A stretch of DNA of 62,337 bases, the filler included. It is 5 parts of 5 records of this genome, joined end to end, with 100 filler letters (N's around TTAATTAATTAA, not from the genome) between each part and the next. Parts side by side here need not be neighbours in the genome. Positions count along the whole stretch, not along the records: positions 51,631 to 62,337 come from DRR723986_10750; 4 more parts are not named here. The stretch is one strand, 5' to 3'. The notes beneath the pieces were generated by a model, which was not told where the DNA came from, did no database searches, and saw only the letters and a list, made by a program, of their open reading frames with translations. Position 1 is the stretch's first letter; the number at the start of each line of letters is the position of its first letter. This document shows positions 54,527-62,337 of this stretch, in pieces. The translations under genes were made by a program, and so were the position numbers.

Positions 54527-57500
54527 TCGGTGATCACCACATGACCCGATGCCGTCTGAGCGCGGAAGGCGGGGCGGTACATGTCTTCGACCGAGGCAGC
54601 AGGGTGGTGGAAACTGCCGGGGCTGACCGCGCGCACGATATAGGCCAGCCGCATCAGATCGCCCCGGCTGTGGGTGACGGCGGCAAGGAACCTGTCCTGC
54701 CGAAACTCCGAATGATCGGTAAAGTCGGTCACTTCCAGATCACTGAGCGTGCCGATGTCGCCCGCGCGCAGCAGGTTGGGGTTGTCGATCTCGAACCCCG
54801 CTGGCAGCGGGTCATTCACCATCAGCCGCGCAGTGCGATCGGTAAAGCCCAGAACATGCAACACCACGACCAGCCTTGTGCCAACAGTCACTTCGGACGG
54901 ATCGGCGGGCAGGCCATCCAGCGTCATGTAACTGCGGGTGATGCTGTAGCCGTTGCCGCCCGCCTGCGTATCGCCCTCGGCCTGACCATAGCGGGTCAGC
55001 GTCAGGGACTCCGGCCGGTCGCCGGTGTTGGTCAACGTCCGGGTGGTGGAATCGCCCGCCTCCAGCACCTCGATCAGCGGACCATCGGCCTCAATGCCAT
55101 TCAGTGTCAGGGAGGACAGCCCGTCCATGTCGATCAGCGCATCGGCGGCCAGAAGGCTCCAAACCGCGTCTTGGGTAGAGATGTTGGTGTCAGGCGCAGG
55201 CAGCGCTGCGGCGAGGGTTTCAAGCGGGATCGCCTCTGACCCGGCGGCGGCGGCCAGTGTCAGCAGGGCGGTTGCGTCCCGGCGTCTGGTGCCGAAATCG
55301 GATCGCCATCCGGTCCGTTCCGAGACGATGCTTTGCGTAATCAGCAGCTCATAGCCCTGCCGGAACATCGCGTCGGCCCTTGGCTGATCGCCATACATCG
55401 CCAGCGCAGCCCCAAGCTGACCGAGCGCCAGCGGGGCAGAGAAAGCATCGGCCTTTACGTCCGCATAGTAGCGCAAATCGCCAATGGCGGCCGCACCCTC
55501 GCGCGCCAGCACCATCAGGGAATAAGCGATGGATTCGCCGCCTTCCTCGAAATCAGGGGCGGTGGCGACGTGATTGCGCAGCGCGTCCAGCGCCGACTGA
55601 AAGGCAAGATCGGGGACGACATAGCCCTCGGCCCGTGCGCGCGACAGGAAGTCGGTTACATAGGCATCGAGCCAGGAATCGCCCGAATAGGCCCCCCACA
55701 GCCCGAACCCGCCATTGGCCGCCTGATTGACCAGCACTGCATCGATCGCCTGTTGGATGCGGGTCGCCAGATCGCCCGCATGGGCAAGGTCCAGCGCCTC
55801 GGCCACATCGGCCATGTAAAGCAGCGGCAAAGCCTGACTGGTCACCTGTTCGGTGCAGCCATAGGGGTAGCGGTCCAGCATTTGCAGCAGCCCCGGTGCA
55901 TCGAACCGGGCAAGGGGACCGGTGGACAGGGTCGCGCGCCCGGTGCCGGGGCGAAGGCCCGCCAGAACCGACGCATCGAAGTCAAGGCTGTCACCAGGGG
56001 CGAGCGTAAAGCGAGAGGTGACGGCAGTGACGGGGTCATTCGATTGCACCAGCAGCCGCAACGTCCGCGACAGGCGCTGTCCGTCCGGGGTGACAAGCGT
56101 GACCTCAACCTGTTGTTCGCCAAGCTGGTCCAACGCAAAGAGCGGCACGCGCAGGCGTTCTGTCTCGCCCTCCTCCAACGTCACGGCAGAGAGGATGGAG
56201 CCGATGTTCAGCCCGGCAGAGGTTTCAATCTCAATCGGCATCAGGCCGGTCGGCCCTTCCGCGTGGGTGACCTCCAACAGCAGCCGCGCCGTGTCTCCCG
56301 GCGCCATGAAGCGGGGCATGCTGGCCGTCACGACGACCGGATCGCGGACCAGAACATCGGCCTCGGCCTGCCCGATCCCGGCATCATTCCACGCAATCGC
56401 CATGACCCGAACGGTGCCGTTGAAGCTGGGGATGTCGAAGCTGACGCGCGCCAGCCCGTCCTCATCCACCGTGACGGGACCGGAATGGAAGGCAACCAGC
56501 GCCTCGGTCGGGGGCGGGGCCTGCATCCGCATCCCGGCGCTGGAATCGCCACCCTGACGGATCGCGCCGGGTGTGCCGCCACCGGAAATCAGCCGCCCAT
56601 AAAGATCACGGATACCCACGCCAAGCCGACGCTGGCCAAAGAAATGCCCCATCGGATCCGGCGACTGGAACCCGGTGAGGTTCAGGATACCCAGATCGAC
56701 GGCGGCGATGCTGGCATAGACGGTGTCGCCCGGTTCGGCATTGCCAACGCGCAGCGCAACCTCCAGCGGGCCGCGCGGGGCAGAGGTGATGGGGGTCTCC
56801 ATCACCACATCCAGCGCGCGGGGGCCGGGATTGACCGTGGCATGCACCAGCCCCAGAGACCGGGCGGGCATCTGCGCGGGCAAACCCTCTAACGGGCGCA
56901 GCAGGGTGGCGGTGACATAAGCTCCGTTGCCCCAGTCCTCGGTCACGGCCAGCGGAAAGCTGTCAGGGCTGTCGCCGATGGAAACCAGTTCCTGATGGAC
57001 CAGCCGGTTCGACATGACCCGGATCAGCACAAGGCCACCAGATCGCGGCACGACACGCAACCGCGCCTCGTCGCCCACGTCATAGCTTTCAGCGTCCAGC
57101 GAGACCTCCAGCAGATCGGGCGTGCCGGTGCTGTCGCCTTCACCATACCAACCGGCGCGGAAACTGACGGAAGACGCTGTATAGAGACCATCGGTGCTTT
57201 CCACGCGCAGTTCATAGCGGCCCCAATCAGCGGGCGCGGCGATCTCTTGTGGATCGGTGCCAAGCATTGCGTCACCGGTAGCGATCCGGGTGCGGGTTGT
57301 GATCGGTTCCCAGTTCCAGCGTCCGTTCTGGGTATACCACTGATAGCGGCGTTCAATTCGGTTCAGGGTCCAGCGCACCGGCACTTCCTCGGCCCCGACG
57401 GCGATCAGGTGAAACTGCGCCTCGGTTCCTTCGGGAAGGGTGCCGTCAAAGAGCGGGCGAATGCCGATCAGTGTGCCCGTGGGTTCAAGCGCACGGGTGA

Positions 57501-59940
57501 TCTGGCGTTCCACCGGACGGCCAGAGCCTTCGGTCACGCGGGCGATGATCGTGACTTCGCGCGGGTGCGGGGTGCCGGTGAATTCGGGCAGGCTCAGCTC
57601 CAGCCGGGCGGCGCCGGATGCATCGGTGCGTTCGCTGTCGGGCAGGCCGCTAAGCGACGTGCCGACCGGGTCATCATGACGGCCAAAGCGGTAGCCGGGA
57701 TAGCCCGCGAGGGTCGAAACACCCCGCAGAATGCGTTCACCCTCGATCGGCAGATCGCCCGCAGGCGCGCCGAACAGATAGTCCGCCTGGAGGTCCAGCA
57801 GGATGGGATCGACCGCAGGCAGGGGGCCATCCGGCAGGGACAGCTCGACGTCGATGCGTTCCGGCAGGAAATCCTCGACCAGCAGGGTGCGGCTGGCCAG
57901 CGGCTGCGCGTCGGGGTCGGCATGGACGGCCAGACGCCAGGTGCCGCGCGGCACGTTCGCGCCAAGGGGCATCTGCCAGACAAAGCCACCTGCGCCGGTT
58001 TCCTCCAGCACCATGCGGCTGTATTCGACACCATCGGCACGCGTCAGGATCGCGGTCAGTGGCAGGCCCGACAGCGCGTGCGATTGCCCGTCGCGGGCAA
58101 GGGCGGTGACATGAATGGTTTCGCCCGCCCGGTACGCGCCACGCTCGGTGGTCAGGAACAGGTCAATGGGCGGCGCTGCGGGACGGCCTTCAACGCCCCG
58201 GTCAGACAGATCGAATTCCGCCTCGCGCAGGGACAGGAAGGCAAAGTCGGTATTGCTTTCCACAGTGATCATGGCGGGCGTGGCCCCGGCGCGGCCTGCG
58301 GTCAGATCGGCCGGGAAATGCACCCGCCCCTGACGGTCACTGTCCAGTTCGGCCAGCACCCGGTTCGATTCCGAGACCAGCCGGACAACCGCCCCTTCAA
58401 CGCCAGAGGTATCCGCCAGAGATCGGACGATCACATGCACGCCATCGGTGCCGGAAACCGCAGAAACCCCCATGTCAGAGACAAAAAACCACTGCGTGGC
58501 GGGAGGCTGATCGCGGCCCTCGGGGCCATCTATGCGGGCCTCCAGCGCATAAAGGCCGGGGTCAAGCGCGGTCAGAACCTCGCCGAAGGGCAGGCTGGTG
58601 GTGACATCCTCGTTCAGACGGTTCTCAACCTCGCCCACGCCTTCCCATACGGCTTCGGACACTTCGCTTTCAAAACGGCCCAGTTCCCAGGAATTGAGCG
58701 GTCGCCCGAAATAGTCCTCTTGCAGGGTCCGCACCAGGTTGCGGTCGGTCACGGCATAAAGCCGAAGCGCGACCTCATCGGTGTTCACGGTCACTATGGG
58801 CAGCGATCCCCCTTCGATCCGCGGCAGCACATAGGCCCGGCCGGGAAAGCGCAGGGCGGGCGACCGGTCACGCACGTAAAGGCGCAGGGTTGCGGGGTTG
58901 CGCAGGGTCTCACCCGAGGCGGCGGGCAGACCCGCGCGCAGGGTGAATTCATAGCGCTGCCCATGCTGGACGCCGGAAATGCAGAACTGCCGATCCTCGG
59001 CGTCGACCGACAGGCCGTTTACGGTGGTTTGCAGAAAATCGGCATGGGTGACGCCGCCTGCAATGTCTTCAGAAAAGATGGCGCAGATGCGCGGCTCGGC
59101 AGCATCGTTTTCAACCCGCGTGCTGGTGACACGGAAGCCATAAAGCCCGATGGCGCGGTCAAGCTCCGCTGTCAGCGCGTCCGACGGGGCCTCGGCAATC
59201 GCCAGCCGCAGGGCGAATATCATGTCGCGGCCCCGGCTGTTTTCCTCCAGCGCGCGGGCCAGAAGGGCGGCTGTGTCGGACAGTTCCTGCCCAGGTTCTG
59301 CGCGGAGGGCGGCGTTGATGGCGGCGTGAAGCGCGGTGCGCGTCAAGGTCCGTTGCTCGGACCGGCTGGATACCTCAAGCTCCAACGCCAGACGCGCATA
59401 TTCGGACCAATGGGCGGGATCATCAGTGACGGTGGTCGCAGAGCCAAAAAGGCGCATGGCCTGCTGAAACTCTCCCTCTTCCAGACGTGCCTGGGCGGCG
59501 TCGAGGATACGCTCTGCCGTCCAGGTGCCCGCGTAGTGGCGGCGTGGCAGGCCAAGCGCCTGACGCCGGGCAGTCGACAGGTCGTTCGCCGTCATGAACC
59601 CCAGCTGTTCCAGCCGCGTATCAAGGCGGGCCAGAACGGTGGGGTCGGTGTTGCGGACCGTGGCGGACATGGCGCCGTCATAAGACTCCATCGCCAACAC
59701 GGCGGTTTTCGGAAAACAGACACTGTTTAGGCTGTTAAATGTGAAGGCCACGCAGTTCGGGTCCGCCATGCAGGCGCGGCTGCACGTGTCGAACGTGGTG
59801 TCATAGATCGGCGTCATGTCCGCGCCGGGGAAATCGGTGTCTTGCGTGATTGCAAAGAAACGCTCGGCAACCGGCCCGTCCTGGGCGGTGGCGACAAGCG
59901 GCAGAAAGGACATCAAACCAGCCACGACCAATGCGCGCAT
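54523..59940 (-). CDS. Bacterial alpha-2-macroglobulin with N-terminal PAN/Apple domain
   Basis: Thioester motif YPYGCTEQ, YRAGE, VEDFLP.R, AVD.GIL, LPAGFEI and VEDMY.P; N-terminal CSRAC...C.AFTF...C. Confidence 0.95.
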   Translation of the reverse strand: MRALVVAGLMSFLPLVATAQDGPVAERFFAITQDTDFPGADMTPIYDTTFDTCSRACMADPNCVAFTFNSLNSVCFPKTAVLAMESYDGAMSATVRNTDPTVLARLDTRLEQLGFMTANDLSTARRQALGLPRRHYAGTWTAERILDAAQARLEEGEFQQAMRLFGSATTVTDDPAHWSEYARLALELEVSSRSEQRTLTRTALHAAINAALRAEPGQELSDTAALLARALEENSRGRDMIFALRLAIAEAPSDALTAELDRAIGLYGFRVTSTRVENDAAEPRICAIFSEDIAGGVTHADFLQTTVNGLSVDAEDRQFCISGVQHGQRYEFTLRAGLPAASGETLRNPATLRLYVRDRSPALRFPGRAYVLPRIEGGSLPIVTVNTDEVALRLYAVTDRNLVRTLQEDYFGRPLNSWELGRFESEVSEAVWEGVGEVENRLNEDVTTSLPFGEVLTALDPGLYALEARIDGPEGRDQPPATQWFFVSDMGVSAVSGTDGVHVIVRSLADTSGVEGAVVRLVSESNRVLAELDSDRQGRVHFPADLTAGRAGATPAMITVESNTDFAFLSLREAEFDLSDRGVEGRPAAPPIDLFLTTERGAYRAGETIHVTALARDGQSHALSGLPLTAILTRADGVEYSRMVLEETGAGGFVWQMPLGANVPRGTWRLAVHADPDAQPLASRTLLVEDFLPERIDVELSLPDGPLPAVDPILLDLQADYLFGAPAGDLPIEGERILRGVSTLAGYPGYRFGRHDDPVGTSLSGLPDSERTDASGAARLELSLPEFTGTPHPREVTIIARVTEGSGRPVERQITRALEPTGTLIGIRPLFDGTLPEGTEAQFHLIAVGAEEVPVRWTLNRIERRYQWYTQNGRWNWEPITTRTRIATGDAMLGTDPQEIAAPADWGRYELRVESTDGLYTASSVSFRAGWYGEGDSTGTPDLLEVSLDAESYDVGDEARLRVVPRSGGLVLIRVMSNRLVHQELVSIGDSPDSFPLAVTEDWGNGAYVTATLLRPLEGLPAQMPARSLGLVHATVNPGPRALDVVMETPITSAPRGPLEVALRVGNAEPGDTVYASIAAVDLGILNLTGFQSPDPMGHFFGQRRLGVGIRDLYGRLISGGGTPGAIRQGGDSSAGMRMQAPPPTEALVAFHSGPVTVDEDGLARVSFDIPSFNGTVRVMAIAWNDAGIGQAEADVLVRDPVVVTASMPRFMAPGDTARLLLEVTHAEGPTGLMPIEIETSAGLNIGSILSAVTLEEGETERLRVPLFALDQLGEQQVEVTLVTPDGQRLSRTLRLLVQSNDPVTAVTSRFTLAPGDSLDFDASVLAGLRPGTGRATLSTGPLARFDAPGLLQMLDRYPYGCTEQVTSQALPLLYMADVAEALDLAHAGDLATRIQQAIDAVLVNQAANGGFGLWGAYSGDSWLDAYVTDFLSRARAEGYVVPDLAFQSALDALRNHVATAPDFEEGGESIAYSLMVLAREGAAAIGDLRYYADVKADAFSAPLALGQLGAALAMYGDQPRADAMFRQGYELLITQSIVSERTGWRSDFGTRRRDATALLTLAAAAGSEAIPLETLAAALPAPDTNISTQDAVWSLLAADALIDMDGLSSLTLNGIEADGPLIEVLEAGDSTTRTLTNTGDRPESLTLTRYGQAEGDTQAGGNGYSITRSYMTLDGLPADPSEVTVGTRLVVVLHVLGFTDRTARLMVNDPLPAGFEIDNPNLLRAGDIGTLSDLEVTDFTDHSEFRQDRFLAAVTHSRGDLMRLAYIVRAVSPGSFHHPAASVEDMYRPAFRAQTASGHVVITE

Positions 59941-60030
59941 GGGAACCTCCGGATCTGAAATCGTATCAATAAAAGTCTTTGAGCCATGCTGCCACGGTCG
60001 TCCCGCTTAGTCCATGCCGCCCCGTCGGCA

Positions 60031-60045
60031 TTAAGCCGATAGTAA
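60031..60045. promoter_or_regulatory. Candidate CtrA box
   Basis: TTAA-N7-GTAA, one mismatch to TTAA-N7-TTAA, about 50 bp upstream of the kinase. Confidence 0.5.
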
Positions 60046-60097
60046 GGAAACCGGCGTCATTCTGCCGGTCGAGCATTGGATTCGCGAGAGACAGGGC

Positions 60098-62233
60098 ATG
60101 GACGGCACCGGCTTCGACGATCGTTTGGCGCGGGAACGCCGGGCGCGGTTGGCCGCGGAACGCCTGCTTGTCCAAAAGCAGGAGGAACTGTTTGCCGCCA
60201 ACCGGAAGCTGGCGCAGCAGGCTGACAGGCTGTCAGATCAGGTCATCGAACAACGCGAGGAAAACGCAGAACTTGTCGGCGAAACCACCCGCGCCCGCGC
60301 CGATCTGGAGGTTGCAACCGAAAAGGCCGAGCGCGCCGAACGGCGGTTATGGGATTCGCTCGATATCATTGAAGATGGCTTTGCCATCTATGACCGATCC
60401 GGCAGGCTGGTGGCCGCCAATGGAGCGTTCCTGAATATCTTCGAAGGGATGGTCGAGGTCGGCCCCGGTGCCAGCTACGATTCGATCCTGCGCATTGCCG
60501 TGGATGAAGGTCTGGTTGATCTGGAAGGTGAACATCCCGACGACTGGGTCGATGACATGACCGCCCGGTGGGAACAGGATCCGATCCCGCATCGCACGGT
60601 CAAACTGTGGAACGGCGGTTTCGTCAAGCTTGTCGACAAACGCGCACCCGATGGCGACATGGTCAGCCTGATGCTGAACATCACCCAAACCATCCGCCGC
60701 GAACGCGACCTTTTGGAGGCACGCGATCAGGCGGAGGCGGCGAACCGCGCCAAGTCTGCCTTCCTGGCCAATATGAGCCACGAGATTCGCACCCCGATGA
60801 ACGGGGTGGTCGCCATGGCCGAGCTGCTGCGTGAAACCGATCTGGATGAGGATCAGCGCCAATGCGCCGATACGATCCGCAATTCCGGCGAGGCGCTGCT
60901 GGAGATCATCAATGACGTGCTCGATTTCTCCAAGATCGAGGCGGACAAGCTGGTGCTGCATGCCGAAGCCTTCGACCTGGAGGATCTGATCCGCGAGATC
61001 TTCCGCCTGCTGCGCCCGTCCCTTCAGGGCCGCGATCTGCAATTGCTTCTGGATTACGACATTTTCCTGCCAGAGAACCTCGTTGGCGACCGGGGCCGGG
61101 TGCGGCAGGTTCTGACCAACCTGATCGGCAATGCCGTGAAGTTCACCGAAACCGGCCATGTGCTCGTTCGGGTCATGGGTGAGCCGGTCGAAAACGGTCA
61201 GGTCACGCTGGTGGTTGCCGTTGAGGATACAGGAATCGGAATCGCCCCGGAAAAACAGGCCGATGTGTTTGGAGAGTTCAATCAGGTCGAGGATCAGGCG
61301 AACCGGAAATACGAGGGTACAGGGCTGGGGCTGGCGATCACCCACAAACTGGTGCGGATGATGGGGGGCGATATCTGGGTCGATTCAGAACTGGGGCAGG
61401 GCGCGACCTTTGCCTTCCGGCTGACGCTTCCGGTGTCGCAGGGAGAGGTTCCTTGCCCGGTGTCACCTCTGCCGCCCGAGGTGTCACAGGTGGCATTGGT
61501 CGGGCCCGATGGCATCACCCGGCGGCTAGTGGAGCGGCAGCTTCACAAGCTGAAAGCCGATGTGTCGCTGCATGATACCGTCGCGTCGGCTGGCAGCTCG
61601 TTCTCTGTGTTGATCCTGACCGAGGAAGCGGAGGGCGAGCTGTCGTCCGGGGCTGGCCTTCCCGTGATGCGATGCCTGTCGCAGCGCCGTCCGGCATCCA
61701 CAGCCGACGTGCCGGAAATCACCCTGGAAGCGCCTTTGCGCAACTTCCGCCAGGCGATACTTGATGCCGTTGCGCAGATGCCGAAACGCAACCTCACCGA
61801 AGCGGGCGCCACGCCCGAAGGTGCGCGCAGGTTGCGGCTGTTGGCGGCAGAGGACAACAAGACGAACCAGTTGATCTTTCGAAAGATGATCAAGGCGCTC
61901 GATCTTGACCTGGTCCTTGCCAACAATGGCAAGGAGGCCTGGGACGCCTATCAGGCGGAACGGCCGGACCTTCTGTTCACCGATATCTCGATGCCCGAGA
62001 TGGACGGGCTGGACCTGACCCGCCGCATCCGGAAGCATGAGGCCGAACAGGGGTTGCCGCGACTGCCTATCGTCGCCATGACCGCCCATGCGATGGAGGA
62101 TCATGAAGCCGAGATTGTGGCGGCGGCTGTGGATCACTATCTGACCAAGCCGCTGAAGAAAGCGGCGATTATCGGCAAGCTGGAGGCGTTGAAGCCAGAC
62201 GGTGTGCTGCCATTGACGGAGCAGGAAGCGTGA
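60098..62233 (+). CDS. Cytoplasmic hybrid histidine kinase (coiled coil-PAS-HisKA-HATPase-degenerate REC-REC)
   Basis: FLANMSHEIRTPMNG, NLIGNAVKFT, DTGIG, GTGLGL and AEDN...DISMPEMDG...MTA...KP; no TM segment. Confidence 0.95.
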   Translation: MDGTGFDDRLARERRARLAAERLLVQKQEELFAANRKLAQQADRLSDQVIEQREENAELVGETTRARADLEVATEKAERAERRLWDSLDIIEDGFAIYDRSGRLVAANGAFLNIFEGMVEVGPGASYDSILRIAVDEGLVDLEGEHPDDWVDDMTARWEQDPIPHRTVKLWNGGFVKLVDKRAPDGDMVSLMLNITQTIRRERDLLEARDQAEAANRAKSAFLANMSHEIRTPMNGVVAMAELLRETDLDEDQRQCADTIRNSGEALLEIINDVLDFSKIEADKLVLHAEAFDLEDLIREIFRLLRPSLQGRDLQLLLDYDIFLPENLVGDRGRVRQVLTNLIGNAVKFTETGHVLVRVMGEPVENGQVTLVVAVEDTGIGIAPEKQADVFGEFNQVEDQANRKYEGTGLGLAITHKLVRMMGGDIWVDSELGQGATFAFRLTLPVSQGEVPCPVSPLPPEVSQVALVGPDGITRRLVERQLHKLKADVSLHDTVASAGSSFSVLILTEEAEGELSSGAGLPVMRCLSQRRPASTADVPEITLEAPLRNFRQAILDAVAQMPKRNLTEAGATPEGARRLRLLAAEDNKTNQLIFRKMIKALDLDLVLANNGKEAWDAYQAERPDLLFTDISMPEMDGLDLTRRIRKHEAEQGLPRLPIVAMTAHAMEDHEAEIVAAAVDHYLTKPLKKAAIIGKLEALKPDGVLPLTEQEA

Positions 62234-62337
62234 CGGGTTTCGCCGCGCATTGCGCGTCGACCCGGGGGCGGCCCTTCTCAACCCCTGCTTGCACGGGGGC
62301 CTCAAACGGCCACTTGGGGTTCCACCCCAAACCCCGG

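Noticed and set aside
56995-59730. 911-aa plus-strand ORF
   Set aside because: It is the antisense shadow of the GC-rich A2M gene and has no recognisable motifs.

Overview
This window is not one continuous locus. It is five fragments joined by four identical 100-nt spacers (N44-TTAATTAATTAA-N44) at 12797-12896, 36182-36281, 44649-44748 and 51531-51630. Fragments 1, 2, 4 and 5 look like Rhodobacterales (roseobacter-like). Fragment 3 (36282-44648) looks gammaproteobacterial (Marinobacter/Pseudomonas-like). Fragment 1: Hint-domain protein, SDR, alkylation-repair-like protein, ArsM-like methyltransferase, ABC ATPase, proline-racemase-family protein, ribB-ribH-nusB, LuxR solo, 6S RNA, ArsR-SRPBCC, mmcB, GNAT and a truncated tRNA-His. 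Fragment 2: amino-sugar uptake/catabolism cluster (ABC, murQ, kinase, GntR, SIS, nagA), rnd-lptCAB-hpf-ptsN, a sulfotransferase/glycosyltransferase/galU/kdsB/cysQ/ABC-2 glycan cluster, alkB and 5' dnaK. Fragment 3: DUF445, HDOD, YihY, 2-hydroxyacid dehydrogenase, tpm, prkA-yeaH. Fragment 4: truA, ycjX-ycjF, DMT, FAD monooxygenase, group III truncated haemoglobin and 5' ileS. Fragment 5: thiolase end, small secreted repeat protein, pbpC, alpha-2-macroglobulin and a hybrid histidine kinase. The strongest unannotated signal is a probably leaderless, Ile-rich 17-aa uORF (MTRPFVRIIIRIIGPAL, 51144-51197) upstream of ileS. Its Ile-codon region can base-pair with the ileS ribosome-binding region, which suggests a ribosome-sensing translational attenuator. 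All protein calls come from motif recognition by eye; no database search was run.
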